From UHGV virus genome UHGV-0461192: 34,141 bases of DNA. The stretch is one strand, 5' to 3'. The stretch comes from a virus. Both the position numbers and the translations under genes were made by a program. How positions within the stretch are numbered: the first letter of the stretch is position 1; each line of letters opens with the position of its first letter. The notes under the pieces were generated by a model. The model was not told where the DNA came from. It worked only from the letters and a program-made list of their open reading frames with translations, and made no database searches. Shown here piece after piece: positions 16,815-25,557 of the stretch.

Positions 16815-17303
16815 TTACCCCAACCTCAAGTTCTTTAAACGATAAGTCATCGCATCGTCAGATACGCCAAAATAATGCGCCATTATATAACTTGGTTGAC
16901 CGTCAGCGTGCAGTTTTCTGACCTCATCTACCGGCATCAGAAGTTCTGCTGCGAACTTGTTTGCAAAAATTTCATCAGGATGCGTTCCGGCGCTTGCGGT
17001 TTCGCCACGTAAATCAACGTACTCATATTCATCGCTATGCGATGCTTGCCGGGCGATGTAATGCCCCAACTCATGCCCACATGAAAAACGTTGACGAACT
17101 TTGTTGTCATCACTGTTTAGAAAGATCGCTGGATCTTGATCTTTTTGTTTAATCAGTGCGCCAGAAACTTTCCCAGGAAGATCGGTAATAAAAACATCTA
17201 ATCCCATGTCGTGAGCAATTTTCGCTGGATCAACAGGGAAACCACGCCCGCACCAGAACGTGTCCAGCACTCGCCGGGCGTGCTCTCTTGGGTTGGTAGC
17301 CAT
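16815..17303 (-). CDS. ImmA/IrrE-family zinc metallopeptidase
   Basis: 162-aa ORF with HEXXH motif (GHELGHY) in a context typical of ImmA/IrrE (DUF955) peptidases; GGAGG RBS upstream. Confidence 0.7.
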   Translation of the reverse strand: MATNPREHARRVLDTFWCGRGFPVDPAKIAHDMGLDVFITDLPGKVSGALIKQKDQDPAIFLNSDDNKVRQRFSCGHELGHYIARQASHSDEYEYVDLRGETASAGTHPDEIFANKFAAELLMPVDEVRKLHADGQPSYIMAHYFGVSDDAMTYRLKNLRLG

Positions 17304-17679
17304 AGCTCCTCCAGTTACTGCATTACGATTATTGGTTGAAATATAGACAGCATGTTCCGTACCACATTCCTGTAAAAGTGCAAATTCTGCACTTCTGGTA
17401 CGATATTAACTGTTAGTAGTAAAGTCTTCCAGATAAATCACTTTAAAATCTTGTGAATTGCTTGCTTTTTACGCTGTATTGTGGATGGTTCAATGTTTCC
17501 AGTAAAAACATACATGATAATCATGAGTTTAGTGTTTTTTTAGGCGTCTATATGTTTCTGGAAAATACAGGTCTAACCTGATCTTATCGTTGAGATTTTT
17601 TGTACTCAGTATGCGTGAACGATTCGACCAGGTGACTGTGTACGTGAAGAAGACCGCCCTTAATATTTTAAATGTGCAA

Positions 17680-17695
17680 CCCCTCAGAAGAGGGG
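17680..17695 (-). terminator. hairpin immediately downstream of the 77-aa gene (putative terminator)
   Basis: CCCCTC-AGAA-GAGGGG stem-loop a few nt after the stop at 17702, followed on the minus strand by a U/A-rich tract. Confidence 0.4.
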
Positions 17696-17701
17696 CTACT
17701 C

Positions 17702-17935
17702 TCACTTCTGCAGTATCTCGCCAATACCTGCCAGATTCTCGTCCATCTTGTCACCGTTTTCGATAAGGATGGAGTTGAGCCGATTCAGTTGCATAGCAAT
17801 TTCAAGTTTGATTAAGGTATCCACCGATACACCAGTTTCTTTTGCTAACTTAGTAAGAGCCGCAGCTCGATTGGCTAAATTAAAATCATCGAACTCATAA
17901 CGACTTCTGCACGGCTGGTTGCCTAACGTACCCAT
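17702..17935 (-). CDS. hypothetical small protein, possible HTH
   Basis: 77-aa ORF; segment LAKETGVSVDTLIKLE is HTH-like; followed by a hairpin. Confidence 0.45.
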   Translation of the reverse strand: MGTLGNQPCRSRYEFDDFNLANRAAALTKLAKETGVSVDTLIKLEIAMQLNRLNSILIENGDKMDENLAGIGEILQK

Positions 17936-18179
17936 AGTGATTCCTCATGATATAAAGACCCAACAATATAAATTACCAGGCACATCATAAGATAGGGTTC
18001 CAGCCCATATTTTCAAATATTTGCAAGTATCACCGTTCAGTCTAAAAAGTTGGATGATGATTTAACGAGCCATAACAAAACCCTGCCTCGGAGGTTTTTT
18101 CTTTTTTATAGAACTCAGCGGCGTGAAAACGAATAATAAATTGTGCAAATAGTGCAGTTTTTATTATTCGAGGTAATTA

Positions 18180-18820
18180 TGAAAACCTTCTATGAGGACT
18201 GGCCTGAAACTTTCGTTAGCCGGTTAGATATGTTACGGGCGTTGGATGATCGCGGTTCGACCCGGAGGCTCTATCTTGAACGGACCGGGGCAATATTTGA
18301 CGCTCTGGCAGAAGAGATACGTACAGTCGTTGCCGGGCATCCTGAAATCGACGTGAGTGAACTTGATATCGGGCCGCTGTATCGCTATTACAAACGTGGA
18401 GAAAAGGGGAATCCGCTGGCTGACTTACTTATTGAGTTGGCTCCACCAACTTGTGAACGGGTTCGTATATCTCCTGAAGTGTACATAATCCCGTATCTGT
18501 TTTTTGCACTGTTGATAGCGCAAGGCGCTGACAACGATGCCCGCGATTTTTTCAATATGATGATGCGACCGTTAATCATCGCCTACCGTTTCAAACAACT
18601 GGCGCGATACCTGGGAACAAAGGGCGGAGGACGACCACAGCACAGATTAAAAAGCGAAGCCATTGAACTGGCTGATCGTTTTTTTACTGAAAACCCGACA
18701 GCGCCATTATCGCGTGGCGTGCAATACATATCCGGTATTTTTGTGGCGAAATACTCTGACCCACCTGCAGCGTCGACGATTAGAAAATGGTTAATTCCAA
18801 TTTACAGGAGTGATAAATAA
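18180..18820 (+). CDS. hypothetical protein
   Basis: 213 aa from ATG 18180 (GAGG RBS); ORF opens at 18143; no recognisable motif. Confidence 0.5.
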
Positions 18821-18933
18821 TGACCATAAACGGTTTAATCCCCTATAAAACCGTTTAATAAAATTCACGACGTGAATATAATTGTTCATTATTCCCTCAT
18901 TGTATTTGGCGTTATGACAAATGCCATAAAATA

Positions 18934-18949
18934 CTGTATAAATATACAG
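18934..18949. promoter_or_regulatory. LexA box (SOS operator)
   Basis: CTGTATAAATATACAG matches the CTGT-N8-ACAG consensus with AT-rich core; 22 nt upstream of a small ORF. Confidence 0.7.
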
Positions 18950-18971
18950 GTTGTGGCATTGGGGGGAAGAC

Positions 18972-19151
18972 ATGAATATTCAAGAATCTATAGGCGAACT
19001 ACCGGAAACATGCCGGGCTGTTATCAAGCGTAAGGACGGACACATCGTTGGTGTGCGTGTTCTGACCGATGATGAGCGGATTGCCAGCCTGATGGCGTTT
19101 CTCGAGTTGGCAGAAATAGCTGGATATACTATTACACCCCCTGACGCGTAA
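18972..19151 (+). CDS. small LexA-regulated protein, candidate antirepressor
   Basis: 59-aa ORF (MNIQESIGELPETCRAVIKRKDGHIVGV...) immediately downstream of the LexA box; function inferred from context. Confidence 0.45.
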   Translation: MNIQESIGELPETCRAVIKRKDGHIVGVRVLTDDERIASLMAFLELAEIAGYTITPPDA

Positions 19152-19228
19152 AACACGGTATAATATCGGTGCTGGATTGAACACCCGGCACCATTTTCTG
19201 AACACTGCCGCGCCACCTGGAGTTAACC

Positions 19229-19825
19229 ATGGCGCAGCATTCATTTATCAGGGTATCCGGCGGTTCGCTAATACCCGCGACACCAGACACGCAACGCTGG
19301 TTGACTGAACGAGTCAAACCAGGTGCTGTTGTGTATGCAGATTTCAAACAGGCGCGTAATCCCGCGTTTCATCGTAAATTTTTCTCACTTCTCAACCTGG
19401 GCTTTGATTACTGGCATCCGTCCGGAGGGGCTATTTCTCCTGCGGAGCGCGAACTGGTTCACGGCTACGTTAAGTTACTGGCGTATTACGGTGGACACGG
19501 TGATGTCATGGCAGAGCTGGCTGATCAGTATCTTCTCGATGAGTCGGAAAAGCGCGCGGGGAGTATCAGTGCGGTGAAGTCGTTCGAGGCGTTTCGCGCA
19601 TGGGCGATTATGGAAGCTGGGTTTTATGACGTTCATCAGATGCCAGACGGCAGTTTGATGCGCGTACCTCGTTCAATCTCGTTTGCAGCGATGGACGATC
19701 TTGAGTTCGGTCAACTGTATTCAGCCGTTTTAGATGTGCTGTGGAATTATATTTTGTTCCGCACATTTGCCTCTCAGGAGGCCGCTGAAAATGCCGCCGC
19801 GCAGCTGCTGGATTACACATCATGA
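19229..19825 (+). CDS. conserved lambdoid nin-region protein (possibly YbcN/DUF1367-like)
   Basis: 198-aa ORF, 4-nt overlap with the following YbcO-like gene; family name uncertain. Confidence 0.5.
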   Translation: MAQHSFIRVSGGSLIPATPDTQRWLTERVKPGAVVYADFKQARNPAFHRKFFSLLNLGFDYWHPSGGAISPAERELVHGYVKLLAYYGGHGDVMAELADQYLLDESEKRAGSISAVKSFEAFRAWAIMEAGFYDVHQMPDGSLMRVPRSISFAAMDDLEFGQLYSAVLDVLWNYILFRTFASQEAAENAAAQLLDYTS

Positions 19826-20115
19826 AAAAAATCGACCTGAGAAAAGCTGCACGCAGTCGCGCTTGTACTGTGCGTATCCCCGGTGTGTGCAATCACAATC
19901 CTGAAACCAGCGTACTGGCTCATTATCGTCTCGCCGGAACGTGCGGCACAGCCATCAAACCTCACGATATGCAGGGCGCTATCGCCTGCAGTGCGTGTCA
20001 CGATGCCATCGACGGACGTACAAAAACGGATTACGAGCACGACTCATTGTTGTTGATGCACGCTGAGGGAGTTTTCAGAACACTGGCTATCTGGCGCGAT
20101 GAGGAGTTTATCTGA
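19822..20115 (+). CDS. YbcO-like putative nuclease (DUF1364, Cys-rich)
   Basis: 97-aa ORF with KAARSRACTVRIPGVCNHNPETSVLAHYRL...IACSACHDAIDGRT, closely resembling the remembered DLP12 YbcO. Confidence 0.7.
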   Translation: MKKIDLRKAARSRACTVRIPGVCNHNPETSVLAHYRLAGTCGTAIKPHDMQGAIACSACHDAIDGRTKTDYEHDSLLLMHAEGVFRTLAIWRDEEFI

Positions 20116-20786
20116 TGAGTAACGAGTATTTATTGGAATATACCCGCATAAAACTGCGCGCTGCATTGCGGGATTTGTCTGGTGGTTCTAAGGGGCAACT
20201 GGAAGCATTGTGTGAGCACCCACCGGCAGACAAAAACGCATACCCACGCAAACATATTCACCGTGTGCAGCTGGAGGACCGGACCGTTGATGCTCTGGTT
20301 ACGCCAGTTTACGCTCTGGAAAGTTTCAGCAGACGTCGCCCCGCGCCGCCGATGAGTGATTTTGAATTTGCTGATTCATCCTGGCGGCGTTCTGTGAACT
20401 CGCTGGATGCAAGTCAGCAAGCGTGGTTGCGTTATTGCTACGGTGGTAACCTGGCATTCAAACACCAAACAGCTATTTGTGAGGCTGTCTGGAGTCGCTA
20501 TAAAGGAAACATCCCCGCGTCAACTCAGAGAAAAGTAGTTAAGCGCCTGCTTTCGTTGGTGTGGTTGTCCGTGCAGGCGGTCGCAGCAGCAAATAAACGC
20601 GAGGATTTTAAGGAGATGGCCGGATCTACCCTAGCAGGAATGCTGTCGGTTTCTCGTTCCACCTGGTGCGAAACATACTCCCTGCACTGGGTAGGAATGA
20701 AAGAGGCGGTGAGAGCACTTGATGAAGTGGCACTTCTTGCAACTTTGCATCATTATCAGAACCATTTAGACGACGTTTGCGTATAA
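20115..20786 (+). CDS. putative late-gene antiterminator (Q-like)
   Basis: 223-aa ORF directly upstream of a promoter/terminator region and the lysis cassette; call mainly positional. Confidence 0.5.
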   Translation: MSNEYLLEYTRIKLRAALRDLSGGSKGQLEALCEHPPADKNAYPRKHIHRVQLEDRTVDALVTPVYALESFSRRRPAPPMSDFEFADSSWRRSVNSLDASQQAWLRYCYGGNLAFKHQTAICEAVWSRYKGNIPASTQRKVVKRLLSLVWLSVQAVAAANKREDFKEMAGSTLAGMLSVSRSTWCETYSLHWVGMKEAVRALDEVALLATLHHYQNHLDDVCV

Positions 20787-20854
20787 TGCTTGCAAAAACG
20801 AACAAAATAGGCCATATTTGACGCTAATTTGGTATGTTGCCAGATTTCTAAGAA

Positions 20855-20882
20855 CCTCGCCACGGCGGGGTTTTGTCGTTTC
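20855..20882 (+). terminator. tR'-like intrinsic terminator in the late leader
   Basis: GC hairpin CCTCGCC-ACG-GCGGGG followed by TTTTGTCGTTTC, between the Q-like gene and the holin gene. Confidence 0.5.
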
Positions 20883-20898
20883 TGAATCAGGAAAAATC

Positions 20899-21282
20899 AT
20901 GTCTGAACCTCTAACCGCTGGCGTTGCTGCTGGCTCGGCGGGGGTGACGTTTGCTGCGTTATTTCCTGAGGCAACACCTGCAGTGATGATCTGTGCGCTG
21001 GCAGGCGCAGCTCTCTATGTGTTGTCGTCCGGGCAGCATCGATTCTGGAAGCAGGTTATTTTCGCACTCATTTCGTTTGTTGGCGGTGTGTATTGCGCTG
21101 AGACAGCGTCAGCCATCATTACCGGTATTCTGAACGCGGTGCTGAGTCACCTGAACCCTCCCGTAACAGTAAAAGTCTCTCCCGCCATTGGTGCACTGGT
21201 TGCATCAGTAATCAGCGTTACATCACTGTTGCGGATCATGTCACAAGCTCGTTTATGGAAATCAGATAAGGGGATGAAATAA
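20899..21282 (+). CDS. putative holin
   Basis: 127 aa from ATG 20899 (ORF opens at 20818); multiple hydrophobic helices and charged C-terminus; first gene of the lysis cassette. Confidence 0.55.
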   Translation: MSEPLTAGVAAGSAGVTFAALFPEATPAVMICALAGAALYVLSSGQHRFWKQVIFALISFVGGVYCAETASAIITGILNAVLSHLNPPVTVKVSPAIGALVASVISVTSLLRIMSQARLWKSDKGMK

Positions 21283-21554
21283 TGACCCTGCACTCTGTCC
21301 TCATCAATGCCAATGCAATTATTTGTCTGATGTTGGCACTACGGTTGATGTTTTTTCAAAAAACAGGCCGCTATCGTTTTTTCATCTCACTAACTGCTTA
21401 CCTCGCGATTCTGTCTGCTGCGTGGATAGCCCTACGAATTTTTTACGGGAAATATACGCAGGTTGATCCCGCAGAGTTCTTTCTCAACCTCACCATCTGT
21501 ATTGCTGTCTGGCGGGCACGAGGGAATATTTCAAAAATAACAGGAGACAGGTAA
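21282..21554 (+). CDS. small membrane protein (holin/antiholin-like)
   Basis: 90-aa ORF with two or three hydrophobic segments; start overlaps previous stop. Confidence 0.45.
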   Translation: MTLHSVLINANAIICLMLALRLMFFQKTGRYRFFISLTAYLAILSAAWIALRIFYGKYTQVDPAEFFLNLTICIAVWRARGNISKITGDR

Positions 21555-22033
21555 TGACGGATCCTAAATGGCTAATCGAGGCTCGAAAAAACCTCGGCAT
21601 TCGGGAAATGAAAGGGAAGCAACATGCTGCAGAAATTGTGCAGTACTGGAAAGATATCAAACGCGGCGGCATTAAGGATGACGAAACACCGTGGTGCGCT
21701 GCTTTCACCGGGGCAATGCTGGAACGTGCGGGTATTCGCTCAACGCGTTTTGAGTCTGCGAATTCTTATCTCGATTGGGGTAATGAACTGAAGGAACCCG
21801 CCTATGGATGCATTGCTATTCTGTCTCGGTCTGGCGGTGGTCACGTCGGCTTTGTTGTCGGGAAAAATGCCGCCGGGGATTTAATGATTTTGGGGGGCAA
21901 CCAGGCAGATGAAGTAAATATCAAAGCTTTTCCTCGTTCCCGCGTAACAGGCTACCGCTGGCCAGCAGGTCAAACGGATGTTCCACAATCACTTCCATTG
22001 GTGAATGCTGAGAAATCTATCTCAGAAGCGTAG
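21554..22033 (+). CDS. endolysin, CHAP/NlpC-P60-like peptidase type
   Basis: 159-aa ORF with candidate catalytic Cys (ETPWCAAF) and His (GGGHVGFVVG); sits in the lysis cassette. Confidence 0.6.
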   Translation: MTDPKWLIEARKNLGIREMKGKQHAAEIVQYWKDIKRGGIKDDETPWCAAFTGAMLERAGIRSTRFESANSYLDWGNELKEPAYGCIAILSRSGGGHVGFVVGKNAAGDLMILGGNQADEVNIKAFPRSRVTGYRWPAGQTDVPQSLPLVNAEKSISEA

Positions 22034-22040
22034 GTAAAAC

Positions 22041-22235
22041 GTGAAAAAACTTCTCTTAGCTGTCGCGTTCTTCACGCTGGCAGGCTGCACACATTCGACA
22101 TACACCGAAGCGACTCGCGCTGACGGCAGCAGTATTAAACACGTGATGATCGCGCCGGGTACGAAGATTACTACTGCGAACGGTGGTTGTATTGATTCAA
22201 CCGGGGCAGAGGCTTCATGCCTTGGTGGAAAATAG
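22041..22235 (+). CDS. small lipoprotein (possible spanin-like or accessory protein)
   Basis: 64-aa ORF, GTG start, signal peptide with lipobox LAGC. Confidence 0.45.
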   Translation: MKKLLLAVAFFTLAGCTHSTYTEATRADGSSIKHVMIAPGTKITTANGGCIDSTGAEASCLGGK

Positions 22236-22294
22236 GGTAATTTACTTTAACGAGAGGCCGCCTTTTTGTTTTAAGGCGGCACACATTCAACAGA

Positions 22295-22555
22295 TTAAGG
22301 TAACTGATTTGACCATTTTGTTGCGCGCCAGTTGTTCTGAACCATAATCTTCTGAAGTATCTCATCTGAAGGCTCTGCTTCGCCGCTTAGCCATTCTCTT
22401 AAAGTTGAACAATTTAGATAAGAGGAGTTCGCACGATAAAAAGATACGATGGCGTCCTCTGATAACTTCTCAGGAAACTTTTTTGGGTCAGCTTCTTTTA
22501 ATATTACGCTCATTAAGGCTTCAATTTTTTCTCTGTTCATTTTTTGCGTTCTCAT
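22295..22555 (-). CDS. hypothetical protein on the opposite strand (moron-like)
   Basis: 86-aa ORF in an AT-rich stretch between lysis genes and cos/terminase, convergent with the lysis genes. Confidence 0.4.
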   Translation of the reverse strand: MRTQKMNREKIEALMSVILKEADPKKFPEKLSEDAIVSFYRANSSYLNCSTLREWLSGEAEPSDEILQKIMVQNNWRATKWSNQLP

Positions 22556-22908
22556 GGTTGTTGTTTTTCTGTAATGATATCAATAAGTTCAAGATATATA
22601 CATATATGGAAAACTTGTTCGGTAGTCTATCGATACAGCACAAAAGGATGGCTCGCTGCCAAAGTGAAAGCTTACGCTGATAATCAGATACACAAAGCTG
22701 ATGTATGCAAACAAGTACGCCGCGAGGCTACAGTTGAGTTTGATGAACCTGATGCGAGCCCCTAATTCCTGTCCTGAAAGGGAGATAGCCCCCTGGTCGC
22801 GGGTCCTTTCCGAAATCCAAAACACCGAGGGTCGGTAGACGCGCAAAAACTCGCTCGTTTTTAGTATTTTTTCATTTTGGGTATTTCCGGTTCCGGTGAG
22901 GATTTTTA

Positions 22909-23475
22909 ATGGCAAGTCAGGCTGAGGTTGCAGCACATTTACTGCTATCTGATCGTCGTCTGCGCGATCTCGCAAAACTTCCGGGAGCACCAGTCCCACA
23001 AGGACGTGGTGATTGGGAGCTAGACGCATGGCGCCATTTTTATATTCGTTATCTCCGGAGCAATAGACGCGACACAACTAGTAATGACGAACCGGAAGCG
23101 GGGGACAATTCTCCCGAAAAAAATCGCGAGCAGTGGCTGAAAAATGAGGAACGACAGGAGCGAATCCTGATGGCACGAGTAAAACGCCGCATTCTCGCTA
23201 AACGCTACGCGCCAATTGAATTAATTAGCGTCGCTGTATCTCGCGTCGCCGTTGAATTACGTACCCGCGTCGAGTCGTGGCCACCACGCCTGAAAAAGGT
23301 CTGGCCGGAGATGCCGCAAGAGGCGAGCAGTGTATTACGAGAGGAGCTGGCGATAGCCTTAAATGAGTTGTCAGACATACGAATCGACTTCAGCGATTAC
23401 GATGTCAGCGATATCGAACGCGATCTCGACAGGGTTGAATCCCTTGCGCGTGACGATACCGATGACGGGTGTTGA
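22909..23475 (+). CDS. terminase small subunit (Nu1-like)
   Basis: 188-aa ORF; N-terminal pattern resembles lambda Nu1; overlaps the large-subunit start. Confidence 0.7.
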   Translation: MASQAEVAAHLLLSDRRLRDLAKLPGAPVPQGRGDWELDAWRHFYIRYLRSNRRDTTSNDEPEAGDNSPEKNREQWLKNEERQERILMARVKRRILAKRYAPIELISVAVSRVAVELRTRVESWPPRLKKVWPEMPQEASSVLREELAIALNELSDIRIDFSDYDVSDIERDLDRVESLARDDTDDGC

Positions 23476-25324
23476 GTGGGCTGATAAATATTTTTATCTC
23501 CCTGAGGGCTCCAGCCACATCGCTGGGCACTGGACGACTCAGCCGGTCCAGGTAGTGATGCTCAATATGATGACGAACGACGCGATAAAAATCGTGTCTG
23601 TTCGCAAATCAGCTCGTCTCGGTTATACAAAAATACTCGTCGCGGCGCTGCTCTATTTCGCTGAGCACAAAAAACGTAGTGCCGTGGTCTATCAGCCTAT
23701 CGATGACGAATCGGATGGATTTGTCGCCGACGAGGTTGACCCCGCTATCGCCGAAATGCCAGTGATTCAGAAAATTTTCCCCGACTGGGATAAAAGCAAC
23801 GAGCGTAACAATCTCCAGCGTAAAGAAATGAGCGGCGCGATTCTTGATTTTCGCGGCGCGAGTGCACCAGGAAATTTCCGGCGACTAACGAAACAGGTTG
23901 TCGAGGGTGACGAAGTTGACGGCTGGCCGCTGGAAGTTGCCAAAAAAGGCAAAGGCGAGGGCTCGCCCATCGAACTGGCGCTCGTTCGAATTAAAGGGGC
24001 AGCGTACCCGAAGGCGATTTTTGGTTCGACGCCGACCGTTACCGGCAAAAGTCATATCGAAATGCTCGAAGACGCTGCCGATCTGACGTTTCGTTTTTAC
24101 CTGACATGTCCGCATTGTGGCGAGGAGCAGGTCCTGGTATTTGGTTTCGACGGTATCGAATACGGCCTCAAATGGGATAACAGCCTGCAGACCAATGAGG
24201 CGAAATCGTCGTCCGCGTATTACCAGTGCTGCCACTGCCCGGAACATTTTTACTATCGCGATCTCGAAAAAATGGAGTTCGGGGGGCGCTGGATAGCCGA
24301 GGACTGCACCTGGACCCGAGACGGCATTCATTTTTTTGATCATGACGGTGGCGTCGTTCGCGCGCCGAAACACGCTGCGATCGTGATAAACGCCCTGTAT
24401 TCACTAAACCTCGATGGATGGGGCGAGATTGTCAGCGAGTGGCTGAAAGCGAAAGGCGACCCGCTCAAGGAAAAGACGTTTCATAACACGACGCTCGGCG
24501 AACTCTGGAGCGACGTGGCCAGCGAGCAGCTGGAGCACGATATTCTGGTTAATCGCCGGGAAAAATACGCCAGCCAGGTTCCTGACGGTGTTGTTTATAT
24601 AACCGGCGGCATCGACTCTCAGACGTCCGGGCGCTACGAGTGTTATGTGTGGGGCTGGGGAGCCGAGGAGGAGTGCTGGCTGATTGATAAAACAATCGTC
24701 CTCGGTCGCTACGACGAGGAGGACACGCTGCAGCGCGTCGACGGAGTGATTCGCAAACAATACCGGCGCAGCGACGGGACCACAATCGGCGTCAGTCGCT
24801 GGGCGTGGGATACCGGTGGTATAGATGCGCAGGTCGTTTATAACCGCTCGCTGAAACTCGGTCCGCTGTGGGTCATTCCAATCAAGGGCGCGAGCTCATA
24901 CGGCCAGCCGGTCGTAAATATGCCTCGTACCCGTAACGCGAATAAAGTGTATTTGTCGTTGATTGGGACAGATACAGCGAAAGACCTGCTCGCAATGCGC
25001 CTGCAGCTGGAACCCGACTCCAAATCGGCGACACCAGGTGCGATTCATTTTCCCAACGACGACGAAATATTCAGCACGACAGAGGCAAAACAGCTCGTCT
25101 CCGAGGTTCTGATCCCGAAACTCATTAACGGTCGCGTCGTTTATCGTTGGGACAACCAGGGCCGGCGAAATGAGGCGCTCGACTGCTGGGTGTACGGACT
25201 GGCAGCGCTGCGTATCAGTAAAATTCGTTTCCAGCTCAATCTCGAGACGCTCGCTGAGCAACGGAAAAAATCACAAAACAAACTGTCTCTCGAGGAGATG
25301 GCCAGAATGCTCGGAGGGAGCTAA
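23462..25324 (+). CDS. terminase large subunit (lambda gpA-like)
   Basis: VEWADKYFYLPEGSSHIAGHW...VSVRKSARLGYTKILV...FYLTCPHCGEEQ...DTGGIDAQVVYNRS...IPIKGASSYGQPV closely parallels lambda gpA; start taken at ATG 23462, ORF opens at 23363. Confidence 0.93.
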   Translation: MTGVEWADKYFYLPEGSSHIAGHWTTQPVQVVMLNMMTNDAIKIVSVRKSARLGYTKILVAALLYFAEHKKRSAVVYQPIDDESDGFVADEVDPAIAEMPVIQKIFPDWDKSNERNNLQRKEMSGAILDFRGASAPGNFRRLTKQVVEGDEVDGWPLEVAKKGKGEGSPIELALVRIKGAAYPKAIFGSTPTVTGKSHIEMLEDAADLTFRFYLTCPHCGEEQVLVFGFDGIEYGLKWDNSLQTNEAKSSSAYYQCCHCPEHFYYRDLEKMEFGGRWIAEDCTWTRDGIHFFDHDGGVVRAPKHAAIVINALYSLNLDGWGEIVSEWLKAKGDPLKEKTFHNTTLGELWSDVASEQLEHDILVNRREKYASQVPDGVVYITGGIDSQTSGRYECYVWGWGAEEECWLIDKTIVLGRYDEEDTLQRVDGVIRKQYRRSDGTTIGVSRWAWDTGGIDAQVVYNRSLKLGPLWVIPIKGASSYGQPVVNMPRTRNANKVYLSLIGTDTAKDLLAMRLQLEPDSKSATPGAIHFPNDDEIFSTTEAKQLVSEVLIPKLINGRVVYRWDNQGRRNEALDCWVYGLAALRISKIRFQLNLETLAEQRKKSQNKLSLEEMARMLGGS

Positions 25325-25557
25325 TGACGTCGCGCGAGGTTTTAACAGAACGACTGCTGGAAGCGGAAATCGCTCTGCACAAATTATTAACGGGTAAATC
25401 GACCGTGTCGCTGTCTCACGGCGATTCAGCAGGAAATAACCGGAGCTATCAATACTCGCAGGCGAGTATTGAGCAGCTCCGAACGTACATTATCGAGCTG
25501 AAATCACAGCTCGGTCTGAGTACGGGACGCCGTCGGCCCGTGGGAGTTCGATTATGA
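25324..25557 (+). CDS. head-tail joining protein (lambda gpW-like)
   Basis: 77-aa ORF; EIALHKLLTGKSTVSLSHGD...SIEQLRTYIIELKSQLG parallels lambda gpW. Confidence 0.8.
   Translation: MTSREVLTERLLEAEIALHKLLTGKSTVSLSHGDSAGNNRSYQYSQASIEQLRTYIIELKSQLGLSTGRRRPVGVRL

Noticed and set aside
23767-25261. Minus-strand ORFs (93-162 aa) inside the terminase large-subunit gene
   Set aside because: Antisense to a strongly supported gene; Arg/Pro-rich translations typical of GC-rich antisense frames.
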